This document shows, piece by piece, positions 33,519 to 47,387 of a DNA stretch of 64,000 nucleotides. A program made the translations under genes and the position numbers. The notes under the pieces are model-generated. The model was given only the letters and a program-made list of their open reading frames with translations. It made no database searches and was not told the origin of the DNA. The stretch's first letter is position 1; each line of letters opens with the position of its first letter. Location of the stretch: the NCBI GenBank assembly GCA_973895155.1, contig OZ316894.1:13635580-13699579 (forward strand). Direction: 5' to 3'. Origin of the DNA: Marsupella aquatica. Lineage: Eukaryota; Plantae; Marchantiophyta.

Positions 33519-36500
33519 TCAAGTTTCCTGTTCCAACAAGAGACGTACTTCTCCAACGGTGAGTATCGGCTGATTTGACAATGTGGATTCTTGTAGGTCC
33601 AGCTTGAGAACATTTTTATAAATCCAGTACAGATGTTTACAAGGCATGAAAGGTTTTCTGTGGGCATGACGACGGTAAAAATCTTCGTAAGAACAGCACG
33701 GGAAGCAGCAAATCTGAACCCAATAGGCAATCACAGAGTGATGATTGATGTGTGATTGGACGCAAAATTGTTTGCCCCATCCATTTCCTGTTGCAACATC
33801 TCTGGAACATATTACTTTCATCTCCTCTTTCTCAACTGCTTCAATCTTCTTATAGTGCAACTTAGTTAGATGCACTCTTTGTAAGCACGTCCTTCCATTT
33901 CGAGATAAATAGCGAATTGTTGGCTCAACTAGATTGATCCTTTCAGGGAAAGCATTGACATCAATGCGGAGATCGAGTCCAATTGGTGCATTTTCTACAC
34001 CATGACCTACACCACCGATTGATATTCCATTCTCCTTCAGAAACCCGACCTCCACTGCGGAAAGATTTGTACTCAATGCAACAGGTAGGTGATCGACAGG
34101 GGGAGGAACGTTCACCATACCTTTTCGAGGACGACTTTTGTAACAAACATTATTTGGACAGAACCAGATCAGGTCCGGATGTGGTTCCCCTCTGAAAAGC
34201 CGCGTTGCTCGAACTGCAATACCAACAACTCCACTTGCCGTCCGGTAATCTACCTTCTTTAATCGATTTTGACATTCATCACGATCTCCTTGTCCGCCAA
34301 GGGATCCATTACAAACAGGTCCGGCCCCATGCTTCAAAGTTTGACGAATATGCCAGGATCCAGAAGGAACATTGGCCTCTAACACAGGCGGGGTTTCTTC
34401 TTGAACAACATATACTAGGGGAGTAATTGGAGTCACAGATGACCTCGTTTGCATTGGAGGAGGAGGCGTCCGCTCGTTAAGACTATAGAAACAATCGCTC
34501 TCTGTAAGATTGACGACTTCACCCTCTTGGACTAGAGGTTCAGATCGAATGGGAAAAAATTCAGTTCTATTTAGATTTCTTCGCTTGAAACCTCGGGTGT
34601 TTGGAGTTGTAATGAGGACAGTATCGTGCATGTGGGAGTCTTGAGCAGAGACGTTTCCAGTAGCATGGCCCTTCCTCTTTACTGATTGTGTAACTACATC
34701 CCCGTTCAAAGGTGAACTCCTTTCCAAATCGAATTCAGCCGCATTGGAAAGGAAAAGGTTCGAAGCCTCTTCAAACAACCGTGGGGACCCCGCTAGATCA
34801 GCAGATCGGAAAGCCAACTCAAACACAGTTGGACCATTCCCTCTGTCCAATCCTCTTTTGTAAGTCGTATAGGCGGCAATTTGAGATATCGCCCTGTTCT
34901 GATCTGTTTCACACCCTTCAAAGATGCCAACTTTCTTCTTGGTTTGCCAAGCAATCATCGACTCATGAGACGACTCGGATCCACCACAATTTGGAATCAT
35001 CGCCGCTTCTTCTGCACTCTTGCTCTGGAGAAATCAAGCAACAAGTTTAGAGAGTTCAATAGCGCCAAGAAATATCAAATAGAACCCAGAATGCTAGTAC
35101 ATCTAACAAGTATTACCTTTTTGAGTAGCGCCAGGCGCTAGCCTAGAGACCCTCAATACTACTAAAGGCATAGAGTAGAACCAGTATGAGTAGCGCCAGG
35201 CGCTAACCAACAAGTGTTTAGAAAACTCACCAATCTGATAAAGTTCCCCCATTGGCGCCATCAGACCACCCACCAAGATATCCAACCTTGCAACATTCGT
35301 AATTTCCCAGGGTAACAATTACCAGCCCTCCACCACGCATCAATTTCTCTCGATATACGATATGCCTCAATAAACGATTCTGCATTCCGCAACCTATCCC
35401 AAAGGGCACGATGTTCACCCTGCTTTCCCTCATGAATGCCTTCGATTGAGTGTCTCCAAAATGACTGGAAGAAATGAAACGCATCTGATCGTTCACGTTA
35501 AGGATTTGGTATTCCCCCAAAGAACACATTCCTGACAGCATTCCAACCTGCTTGAGCATTGTCTACCATGAAACCATGAATGTGTACATTCTCAAGACCA
35601 TTCTTAGCCGCTACCTCCAACATTAGACGCCAAGCCCTCTCAAGTGATTTTGTATCTTCTGCCCGCAGCTCGCAAGTGAATATCGTGCAAAGTGCACGAT
35701 AGTTATGGTCATAAACATGGACACTGAACGTAAGCCAATCCTTAGTCATTCGATGCATCACATCAAAACTTACCCAAGCACCCTCAAGAGGCCCTCCGGG
35801 GATCATCCTTCGAAGAAGATCTAGACCAGAGCCTTAACCCTTAATGGACATTTTGAAAATGTGTGCACTTTCATCTTGGCATCCTTGCCCGGGCAACAAG
35901 AACCTTTGAAGAAAAGGGAAGGAAATGTTCTTTTGCATGCTAACCAGAAATTCCAGCTCCCCTCTTCCTTTCTGGTCTTGACGAATACTTCTGAGAAGAT
36001 TCACAAATTTTTGAGGGGTTGAGATCACCTGAAGAGATTCAAAAATCTCTGTCTCTTCTATTGGGATCATATCCTTCACGGATGACTCACACATCGCTTT
36101 AAAAAGAGATCCGGTGACTGTGTTCTTCATACCCGAAGTAGTTGCACGCGGATTCAAACTCAAACCTTTCTCCAAGTGTATCTTTGCCACCTTTTCAGCC
36201 TCTCTGGAAAACACTTGCTTGCTAGGATGATTATGAAATCCCATGTGAATAGCAAGACGTGACATATGCTTAGCGGATTCCGCTTCAACTTTGGAAGATG
36301 CGTACATGTAGAACATCATGGCTGGACACGATTCAACGCAAAATGGATGCTCCAAACAGTAATGACAAATAATCCTGCCTTCAGGAATGAGTTGCCCGAC
36401 CACATGCAGACCAGAAAGCTTTGGAATTTTCCCCCAAAACCGTGCATTCCTCCTTTCATGTTCGACCCAGAACTCACATGAATTGTTACGACATTCTAGA

Positions 36501-37159
36501 AAACCGGTGAAGAACACTTTCCCAAAATCCCACATCTTTTTGGGGACAACATTTGCGGAAGTTGTGACAATCTGAGTCCAATAGTAACAGTCTTTCCCCC
36601 GATCCATGTCTCGGAGACGTTCACCTTTTGAACAAACTCCAACAACAGGAGGCAATTCAAAAACAACATTCCCATTGTACGTGCCTGGCAAGCTTGATAC
36701 TTGCTCAAATCTATAATCATTCCTTCGCATGAATCTAGAGATCTCACTCTGACCTTTTGATTGTAGAATCGTATCAAGCACACTCCTCTGGTAGACAATC
36801 AAATTGGCACCCTTAGTCAACACATCCACTGCCTCCATTTTCACATTGTTTTGAGGAACAGGAACCTTTGAAATGTCTTGATCATCACTACTATCTGAAA
36901 GGTCAATCAAATCTACTTTCATCATATCCTTTGACGACAAGGATGGTACCTCAAATTTCCCTAAACTAACAATATCGTACCTCACACCACCGCACAATCT
37001 CCAATGCCAAACTCCTCCAGTGACATGAGCGTCAACAACCACATCTGATCTTGAGATCATGATTCTGTGTATACTCACACCAAGGATTCCAAACCTGGTG
37101 GCAAGAAAATCCTCGGAAATATGATCATGTTGCTTAGGACTTGGCAGAGGGATTGACAC
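33519..37159 (-). pseudogene. MULE transposase (GCM-like Zn domain, DDE core, C-terminal SWIM), two exons, in-frame stops
   Basis: GFLECRNNSC…CHYC…C…HMGFHNHP; WVSFDVMHR…FMVDNAQAGWNAVRNVF; FHFFQ; CCFPCCS…CKHLYW. Predicted intron ~35230 (GTGAGT) to ~35027 (CTCCAG). Confidence 0.88.
35126..35205. promoter_or_regulatory. Two perfect TAGCGCCAGGCGCTA palindromes (35126-35140, 35191-35205) in the transposase intron
   Basis: Directly visible; regulatory role inferred. Confidence 0.6.
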
Positions 37160-37422
37160 TAGGTCTCCAGGCGGAGAGCGAGAGATTACAATTAGAATCC
37201 ATCGAGAATGATTTCCTGAATTTTGGTTCCGGACAATTCATTTGTGATGAATAGAACCGTTGAAAGTACGACAAATTGCCGGTCATCAATGAATGTTTGT
37301 CATTTTCTAACGGCATTACAAATTGACAGTCTATGAGATATTGTATCATAGGTGACCATAATTCTCTCCAAAATAGATGTTCTACACATATATTCATATC
37401 AAATCAATGAAATTTAGAATGG

Positions 37423-37437
37423 TAGCGCCTGGCGCTA
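37423..37437. promoter_or_regulatory. TAGCGCCTGGCGCTA palindrome upstream of transposase
   Basis: Directly visible; role inferred. Confidence 0.55.
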
Positions 37438-37512
37438 TCCAATGTCTCTAATGTTTCTGTTTGTAGTGAAACAATTGAGAGTTTCTTTGAAAGGACTCTT
37501 TTGCTAGCTCCA

Positions 37513-40500
37513 GGCTTAAGGGCTTCTAAGCCTTCGTGCTGTCCGCCTTCGATCCGGATTCGATGATACAGGTCCTCAACCCGTGCTCGCAACCACTTAC
37601 CCGCAGGCTGCACCCTGTGCACGTCTCGGGTAGTGCGTTCGGCCCGGCGCTGCCACCCATATACGAGAAACCCACACACATATGCGCACACATGCATACA
37701 ATCTCGATTTACACGAAGGAAAAATGATGGGAAAGGATTTTTACTACAAAGGGAACATATGCGTACACTTAGTTGACACGACAGCCCTGAAATGCACAGG
37801 TTCAAGGCCAAGGGTGCACACTACAACGGAGCCCGGCTCCGCACTCGCCCGGCAAGCTTAGTCCTACCCCCTCCCCTTGGTACTCTGTCATTCCCAGAGG
37901 TCGGGACTCCCCGCATGTCCCGCGGATGTCCGACTCTGAAACTAAAAACCCCCCCTGCCTCTACCGAGGGGTGCACTAAATACTAAGAGCCGAGGAATGG
38001 GGCGTCCTCCCGCCAAAGATTCGCTGACCAAGGTCCTAACTAAGCTGACAGTCAGGCCGGAAAACGGCTGTGTCTTATTAGAAGATCCTAATCTACGCAG
38101 GCTGGACAGCAGGGCAGCGCTGCCGTACCTAAGGCAGGTGCCTGTCCCAAGAGCCTGACTAAGCCAATCCTAATCCTAATCTATTCCTACTCCGCCGCTA
38201 ATGCCTGGCACGCTTGCCAGAGCCGCCCGAATGGGAACGGCCATCCCGCTGTCTTCGAAGCCTGTCATTGTCCGCTTTGAGGAGCTGGACCTGGTCCAGC
38301 AGAGATTCGTTCTCTTGCCTCGCCGCGTCCGTCTCCTCTGCTGCCTCCTGACATGCCTCCTCCAGCTGCTGGGCATCGCTCGCCAGTTTACTCGCCAGCT
38401 GGTCCTGCTTCTCGGCCTCGGTTTGGAGCCGCGCCATCTCGGCCTGCAGTGTGGCTATCTCCGTCGCGTCCCGCTGGGCTCGCTCCTCGGCCTCCTCCAG
38501 GTCTTTCTGCCAGGTGACAGCTTGTTTCTTCAAACTGTCAATCTGGTTCCGGAGTCGTGTAATCTCGGCCTCGTTCCCAGCTTTGGCCTGTTCGGCTAGG
38601 GCGGTAAGAGCGTACGCCTTTGCTAACAACTCATCGGCGGCTGCAACCTTGGGTCGTAGTTGCAGAAGTTCAGCCTCTTGAGCCGCCACTTCGTTCTTTA
38701 GGTACACGGACTCCACCCGGTACCGCTCTATCCTCTGAAGGGCCTCCGACTGGGCCCGCCCTGCCTTTACGGCGGCAACCAACTCCTGATTGAAGAAACA
38801 AGCTACCTTCCGAGCCATGAACTCCCCGGTATCCCGGGCAATTTGATGAGAGAAATCTCCTAGAAGCCCGTTCAGAAACGTACCCTGTACGAAGAGTTCC
38901 GGGTGGTCCAAGTTGTGCCTGTCCGGATTTGGGCACGGGCAGACATCAACACGCGCAGGGGCCGGGGCAGTGACGTCCAGCCCTGGGGACATAACGTTGG
39001 AAGGGGCCGGAGTATCCTCCTGCAGCGATGTCCGGTTCTCCGGAATTGCCACCGGCGGGTCCTTGGGAGGCCCGGGTGCGGGTAAGACCTCTGCCGTACC
39101 AACTTCTGTACTTAGCCCGGCTAGTTGGGTCGCATCAACGGTTGCGACGACCGACCCCTCCGGCGCCTCCTCGGTTACGATTACAGCTATTTGTGGAGGT
39201 GGGGTGGGTGAAGCTGGCGTGTCCACTGGACTTCGGGCCTCGGGTTGGGGTCGTCTCTCCAATGCCGGAAAAACCCACCTAGCTGGGACCAGCTTTGTAA
39301 CGTTGATGCGGGGAAGGGTTCGTCGATCAAACCGGGCATACCACTCAAGAATGATTTCGATGTGGCTAGCGAAATACGCCTTCCCGCCAATGTACAGCGT
39401 CTTCCTTCGCCGCTCCATCTCTTCATGGAATTTCTTAGCGAAGTACGACGCCCACTTCCTAGATCGATAGTTCTCGACCTGGATGACCTGGGCGGCGGAG
39501 ATCTCCCCCCGGGGTTCCATCAAGTGGAGAGCGTACCTCTGGAACTCCAGCCGCTCAGCTATCTCGGGCATGAGGCAGGTCCTCATCACGAACCCGTTGT
39601 CTACTGATCCCTCTGAGGGAAAACTTGAAGATTGGTACTTGGCCCCCTTGCCCCCGGGAGCCCGTGATTCGACTCGATGGTCACCTTCGGGTAACCCGAA
39701 GATCATCTTGAGCCGTTCTTCTATGAGGGACATATTCCTTCCCCGCAGCCGAGTCTGTTGACGTACGTCGTCATAATTCTTGACGAATTCTGTCATGTCC
39801 TCCCCGTAGTACCTGCAAGTGTTCCAGGGGAGAGAGGCGAGGTGCTCAAATCCCTGAGTCTTCAGGTACACCGCATGCTTGGGATGGAGGATGTTGTTGT
39901 GAACGTTTTCCCCCATGCGATGCATCGTTACCTTGGCTACGGCTACCGTGGCTAACGGTAACCCGGATGCACTGGCGGATTCCTTTCTCTTCTTTCCCCG
40001 TGACTGACTCGGGGAAGGTGATACTTCCCCATCCTCCCGATCGGGCCTGGGGAGTGCCACTGCGGTTGGTAACGGGCCCGGGGCGGCCACGGTCACCATG
40101 TTGTCTGCTGGGGCCGCTCCTGGGGTCAGAGCAGGGGGTGAGGACGGTATAGTGTCGGCCCCCCGAGCGCTTGTTCCTCTGGGCCGCCTGGTCAAGGGTG
40201 GGGTAGCCTCGTCGTCATCGCTAAGATCCACAGCGTTGATGACGGAGCGTACCTGTGCTGGCTGGGTGATAGGTGGTGGGGTTTGGCTAGGCTGCGGCTG
40301 AGGCTGAAGCTGAAGCTGAGGTTGCATGGGCACGGGTACGGGTACGGGTACGGGTCCGGCTGAGTTGGTCATGTTGGTTGATGGCCGAGTTCCCATGAAG
40401 CTCTGTAGGTGTTGGTAGAAGTTCTCCGAAGCGAGCGCGGACGCCCTTGTCGAACGGTTGGTACTGGACTCGCCGTTAATGACTGCTCGAACCTGGGCAG

Positions 40501-41306
40501 GGATGTGGTCGAAGTGATGTCGCTGCAGGTCGATTGTACCCGGGATATTGAAGACCTCGTCCGGAAGCCGAAGCAATGCTTCCCAGAACCCGATATATTT
40601 GTCTCCGTCAAAGAAGTACCCAGATACCTCAGCTGGTCGGTAAAGCTCGCTCTAAGACGGGTAGTCAAAGTTAAGGACGTAGTGGTGTCGTCCTGCTAGG
40701 CGGATGGCTCTCTCGTATTCGCGTTCGATCTCGTATCGGCGCGGGTTGGCGTGTTTCAATGAATCGGCCAAGTGCCTTCCGGTAGATAGGAACTGCGTCC
40801 AGAATCGAATGGCCGAGCTGGAGAGGATCGTGTGCGACATTCAGAGGAGATAGTAGTGGCGACCTAGAGAGAACGAGAGAGCTGGGGTCGAAGCTGGCGC
40901 GCGGACTGATGGACTGGTGCACTACAAAGGGTTGGCTCCCCTTTTATACTTTGAGGGCTTGTCGATCCCCGACGTCTCCTCGACGCCCATAGGTTGAACC
41001 GCTCATGCTTGTGGTGTACCGGCCACTCCGCCGGTCTGAGTCAGCGTGCGTCAGTGGCCGCTTCCTTAAGTTCGTTATACGGACCCGAGGGAGGGGCCCC
41101 TCCATGCTCATAACCCGGGTGTGCGAATAGCGACCCGCCGCCAGCCCGAACCTGAAGTCCCCCTTATTGCCTAATGATGTCCTACCCCTAATGATTACCT
41201 AAATACTATCGTTATGCTAATAATAGCGGCCTAAGACCCACCTAACGTGCGTGCCGAGCGCAGTTAGACTGAATCACTCATTAACCGCCGTACCGGCGGC
41301 GTCACA
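37513..41306 (-). repeat. 3' LTR of B (terminal ~215 bp missing)
   Basis: Near-identical to ~47601..51397. Confidence 0.95.
38198..40840 (-). pseudogene. LTR-encoded protein, B 3' copy (single premature TAG at 40652)
   Basis: ORFs 40652..40840 and 38198..40576 together match the 880-aa protein. Confidence 0.92.
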
Positions 41307-44300
41307 TAGCTCCCTGCTTAATTGTGAAGCGTCCTCGCGAACATCGCTATCGGCGTCGTCATCTTGATGGTGGTACTTTTTTACACGATCGTAGCTGATT
41401 CGCGTGGGGAGTAAATCGCCGGCATACGTCGCAAGCTCCAAAGATCCGTTTCGGTAGATCTGATTGACAAGGAAGGGCCCCAACCACCGGGTATGCAGCT
41501 TCCCTGGAAACTGCATGTACCTACTATCGTACAGAAGGACTAGATCGCCTGCCACAACGTCGACCCTCCGTAGTCCTTTGTCGTGCTGCTTCTTCGAAGT
41601 TGCCTGTTTCTTCACGGTGTGTCGAGCTGCCAGTAGCCGTGCTTCTTCCAAGGCTTCAATCTGATAAGCTCGGTCTGACAGACTTTCAGATTCAGGTAAG
41701 CGATCCCGAATGCTGACCCGTGGAGTGTGCACTTCAAATTCGACGGGCACCAACGAATGTTGGCCGAACACCAGAAAGTACGGGCTATGACTCGTAGTAG
41801 TTTTGTAAGCTAGATTATACGAGTACACCGCCGCGTACAACTTATCATCCCAATCCATTTTGTGCGCAACTACAGTTTTGTTGAGGATCTTCCCAATGAT
41901 ACCATTTGCTCTCTCCGCCATCCCGTTGGCTTTAGGATGATATGGGGTAGTCTTGCGGTGCTTGACTAGGTAACGCTCCGTAAGCTGGGCTACGGTGTCA
42001 TTGAGGAAGTGGGTTCCACGGTCGCTTACCAATTCTAAGGGCGGTCCGAATCGGGTGAAAATCTGTTCGTATAAGAATCTGGCACTGGTTGCGGCGTCGT
42101 CCTTTACCGTAGCCCGCGCTTCGACCCATTTGGTGGAGTAATCAATAGCTAATAGGATGTATCTGCACCTTCGCCTTTGGGTAACGGGAGTGAACGGTCC
42201 GATATAATCAATTCCCCATTTTTCGAATGGTGCCAATGGAAGCACAGATGTGAGCGGGTGATGATGAGCCCGCCTCGGGGCCCCCGCTCGCTGACACAAG
42301 TCACAGCCCTTAATGAAGCGCTGTACATCCCGATGCAACGTAGGCCACCAATACCCCGAGTCCAGAATCTTTCGGGCTGTCGTAACTGCCGCGAAATGGC
42401 CTCCAGCTTCTTCTTCATGCAGGGCCCGTATCACGATAAGTGTCTCCTTATACTCTAAGCAGCGTCGTAACTTTCCGTTAATACCTTCCTTATGTAGGTG
42501 ACCCTGTATCATGACGTAAGGCCCGGCTTTCCGTAAAAACACAGCGGCGGCCTCCTGATTGATGCCGTCAGGGATGCGGCCCGTTAAAAGGAAGGTGATT
42601 ATTGAGCCGTACCACGTTGGTGTCCCTTCCCCTACGTGGAACAACTCCTCATCCGGAAAAATATCATCAATTGGCTGATCGACTGGTACGCCGTCCAGTC
42701 GTGAAAAGAAATCGGCATTGAGGTGTACCCTTCCTGGCCGAACCCGAACTTCGTAATTAAATTCCTGGAGAAGTAGCACCCACCGGGCTATCCGTCCTGT
42801 CACATCCGCTTTGTTGACCATGTACTTCAGGCTATCATGATCCGTGTGGAAAATGACCTTGTAGCCTAGCAGATAGTGTCGGAACTTTTTACACGAGTAG
42901 ATTATTCCCAAAGCTTCTCGATCAGTGGGGGAATAATTCTTTTCGGCTGCAAATAGTTGACGGCTAGCGAAATAGATGGGGTGATCACGTCCATCCTCAT
43001 CTAGCTAACTAAGTACGGATCCGATACAGAACCCTGACACATCAACATACACGTGGAACTCCTTATTCCAGTCTGGGGTGACCATGATAGGCGCGGTGGT
43101 GAGTCGTTTACGGAGTTCCTCAAAAGCAATCCGTCTCCGGGGTGTTTCCTCGACCGCTGCGTCCTTCTTCATCATCTCAGTTAAGGGCAACGCAATTTTA
43201 GCAAAGTCTTTAATGAACCGGCGGTAATACCCTACGCAGCCCAAGAAGGATCGTACTGCTTTTTGATCCAAGGGGAACACCACCGCCATCCAGGCCGCAA
43301 CTTTCTCTTGGTCCACCTCAATGCCCCGTTTAGACACACGATGCCCGAGTAACACCCCCTCCTCTACCCCGAAGAAGCATTGGCGGGATGTAGTTTGAGG
43401 TTAACATCTCGGCATCGTTGCAACGTTCGTCGTAGGTGTTCGGGGTGCATGGCAACGGTTCCGAAGATAGCAAAGTCATTGATAAATATCTCCAAAAATT
43501 CCCGTAGGAAATCGTGGAAGATATTCATCATAAGGCGCTGAAACATAGCCGGGGGCGTTACACAGACCAAAAGGCATCCTCCGAAATGCGAACGTTCCCC
43601 ACTCCGTAGTGAACGTTGTTTTGAGCTGATCCGCGAGACGAATCCAGATTTGGTTATAACCTGAATACCCGTCAAGAAATGTATAGATTTCATTTCGGGC
43701 CACCATATCTAGAACCATATCCGTGAATGGTAATGGGTAATGGTCTTTTCGGGTTGCGTCATTCAGCTTACGGTAGTCCTGACAGATACGAATCTTAGGT
43801 TTTCCATCCGTACCTCCCTTCTTTGGTACAATGACAATGGGAGAGACCCAGTCGCTGGCCATTACCGGGTAAATGATATCGGCGGCGAGGAGACGATCAA
43901 TTTCCTCCTTCACTAAGATGGAGTACCTCGGATTCATGCGACGTTGTCGCTGTCGTACCGCATGGGCTCCTAGGTTCAGATCGATTGTGTGTTCTCCCAA
44001 CTCGGGGGAGACGCCTGTTAAATCATGATGACTCCATGCAAACACATCTTCATATTCCTTGAGCAAAGCTTGGATGGCTTTTTCAGCCTTCCCCGTCAAA
44101 GCGTGGCCCAGGTTAAAAGATTTGTCCATCCCAATAGTGTACTTCCGGTAGTGCTCCTTCCTGATGACTTCAACCTGGTTTCGCAGACTCGGGTCCAGGC
44201 TCGCGTCAAGCTCAGCTAACCGAACCCCTCTGTACATGGGTGGGACCGGGATTGGTCTCGGGATGGGGTTTACTTCCTCCAATTGCGGAATGGACGGATC

Positions 44301-47264
44301 CCATGAGACTCGCTTTTTATGTCTCGGTCTCGAGTTTTCGGCCTCAGGCGGTTGTTGGGCTGGTTCATGGTTACAAGGCTCTGAAATGGAAGGAGTAGCC
44401 ACGGCTCCCTGCTTGGCTGGAGCCGTGTCCTCCGTCTCGACGAGTTGTTCGTGCGTTTCCTCATCCCCGACAGTAGATGTACTTGGGGTGGACTCAATGG
44501 CAGCCCTCGGGTAATTTAGGAGATGTGTTTCTCGGGTTGCTTCAACTCCGAAGACATCTTCCTCGGATAGGGACGAGATGAGTTCGATCATATTGAGTTC
44601 CTCTTCCTCCGAGGTCTCCGAATCATATTCCTCGGGTCCTTGTGGGGTTTCTCCCTGATAATCGTCCATTGCCCAGGATACCCGTACGGTGGGTTCCCCG
44701 AACCGTAGCTCCTTCTTTCCCCAATCCGTGACTACACGGCCACCGTACAGCCACGGCCTGCCCAGAAGAACCGGATAAGAGGAGGGACGAACCGGCCTCA
44801 TGACTAAGAAGTTGAGATAGAACTCTACCCCTCCCACCAGAGTGAGCACTCGTGTGAGCGTGCCTAATGGGAGGACCCTTGCCCCGTTTGCTAATCTGAT
44901 AGCTCGGGCCGTGGGTTGATACGTGAGGTATCCTAACTTGACTGACGTTTCTTCAGTCATGATGTTGACTCCCGCTCCTCCGTCTACAAGGACCATCTTG
45001 ATGGTACAGTTATTAATTTCGATCGAGATGTCCGGCGCTCCAAGGTCCTCGCATATCATGTTGCAGTCCGCACTCCCAACTTGGGGTAGTCTTCTCCTTC
45101 GGCGACCCATGAGCAACTCCCTCAGTTGTCGTCTGTACTATGGGTTATTCTGCAGCAGTTGCCCCACCGTTGCTGTAACCGGGCAACTCTTCACGTCCTC
45201 CTTAATATCATAGTCCTCCTTTGTTTCTTTCGTTGGCTGCTGCTTGGCTTCCTCTTGTTTATCTTGCTTTTCTTGCTCCTGACGCCGGGCTGTCTCGGCT
45301 GCTTTGATGTCCTTATCGATTGCCTTCTGGTATTCCCGAGCTTCGTAAGCCTCCAGCTGTTTCTTTACCAATTCTTCGATGCGGGGGAAAAATAGCTTCG
45401 GGTCGTCCCGTCGGTAGTCATCGTCCTTTTCTGGGGGTATATTTATCGCTGGCTGCACTGGAGTAGTATCTTGCTTTTTCCTCCGTTTCTCCTCCGTCTT
45501 TTCTTCCTTCCGTTCGGCCCTTGTCGACACTCGGTAGCACTCGGCCTCATCCAATGGATTAGGGTGTTCCGCCACGTCCACCAGATTCACCCACTCGGTG
45601 TTGTCATCTTGCCATTCTACAGCAATCATTTGGACGACTGCATCGCTCGTGACTGGTCCAGCCTGGGCCGGTCTAGCCGCACTCGTTCGAGCAGCGATTA
45701 CCAACGGACAGTTGGCCGTGGAATGAGCCTCCGTTTTGCAAACTTGACATAGTGGGGTGCCTCGGCCATCTCCCTGACGTCTTGGTTCGGTGCATTCCCT
45801 CGCAAAGTGTCCTGGCTTTTCACAGTTGTAACAAACCGGGGACCGCCAAATCCCTGGCTTAGGAGGGATGCTCGGGTTACTGATAACCTGGAAACTCCGG
45901 CCATTACTTGGGTAGGGGTACGCAGTTCTACCCGCTAAATTACGCGGACCAACCGTTGAAATCTGGTACACGGAGTCAGGAGGGTCCTCAAAGAAATACT
46001 CCGTGGACTCCGATTCGGGGCCCGGGTTGTCAACATCATCCAGCTCTACTTGGTGAACTCGGTTCTTCCACCTTGGGCATTCCTGCACCACATGGCCGGA
46101 TTGGAAGCACTTTGAACACCACGCATGGGCTCGAATCTCAGATGGCTTCTTCTTCTCCACCGGCTTCTCCGCAAGATGTACTGACAGTGCTTTGAGTCGA
46201 TCCGTGATTTCGTTCAGCTTGTCTGCTTCGGCAGCCTTTGGATCTGGTATCGTTCTTCGCGCCCGGGGTTTAATCTTCCCCTCCTTCTTCACTCGTCTCT
46301 TCTTCTTTTTGCTCCGGCTTTCGCTCTCCAAGTCACTTCCTGATGAACTGGAGGTAGAGGATCCGATGCTTGAAGCTGAATCCGAACTGGATTCCGTCTC
46401 GGAGCTGGACGAGGTCGAACGATGTTTCTTCTTCTTCTTCCGTTTCTTCTTCCTCTCGTCGTCCGATTCGGAGTCACTGTCACTGAAGGTTTCGTACTTA
46501 CCCTTCCTGTGGCGTGCTCGCTGGCTCCGCCGGGAGTTATAGGTGGACTCCCGGTAAGTTTCGGCGCACGCTATGGCTGCCTGCATTGAAATTGGATTAT
46601 TCTGGCGTACCCAGAATTGCATATTCGTGGGCAAACCATGAAGGAACCATGTAAGCTGGAGCGCGTCTCCTGGCCTGGGCCGGATCTTGGCCGCAAGTTT
46701 CTGAAACTTCTGAATGAACTTCCGCAGGGACTCTTTTTTTCCCATGCGAAGCTGGCCAATCTTTAATAGAGAACGTTGTTCTGATCCAATGGCACGAAAC
46801 TCCTGCAGCAATGCAGCTTGGAATTGTGCCCAGGTAGTCCCGGGTGGTAACGAGTTGTACCATGGACGAGCTTCTCCCCGCATTACTCCCGGGAGGACGG
46901 TTAGCTTAATGGCGTCTTCCCCATTAGCTTTAGCAGTGGCTTCAAACTCATCCAACCATTCATCCGGATCATCCCCATGACGCCCTTTGAAAGGTCGATA
47001 ATGAAATCGCGATCGTTGCGATATTTGTGGAGGCGCCTGAGCAGCGCGGGCCACCGGTGGAGCGGCTGCCATAGGTGGTGGTGGTGGTGGTGGAACCGCA
47101 GCAGGGCCGGTCGAACCGGACCCCGAAGATCCCGGGGGTATGTTCATACGTCGGGACGATTGCGAGTCCTCCGAGCCTGACGAGTCGGAGCTTGTTGTGG
47201 TTGCACTTTCTCGTTCGCTGGTCAATCTCCTCAAGTAAGCTGCTTGAGAACGAGTGACGGGCAT
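41274..47264 (-). pseudogene. gag-pol: gag-pol of element B (originally one frame; stops at 45138 and 43005, 1-nt indels near 43550 and 43380)
   Basis: Same domain motifs as A; comparison with A restores a continuous ORF. Confidence 0.96.
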
Positions 47265-47358
47265 TTACTCATATAAATGCAATGGTTAGTACTACGTCCT
47301 GATGTATCCTGCCTAGGTGAATACGCACATGTCTCCCCTCTACGATATGTAGAGTGCC

Positions 47359-47375
47359 CCCTCCATCTAGCGCCA
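47359..47375 (-). promoter_or_regulatory. Primer binding site of B (tRNA-Asn-like), 12 nt from LTR end
   Basis: Identical to the PBS of A. Confidence 0.7.
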
Positions 47376-47387
47376 AAACAAAGGCTA

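Noticed and set aside
45138-45140. Programmed stop read-through between gag and pol
   Set aside because: Element A has CAG at this codon; it is a C>T mutation.
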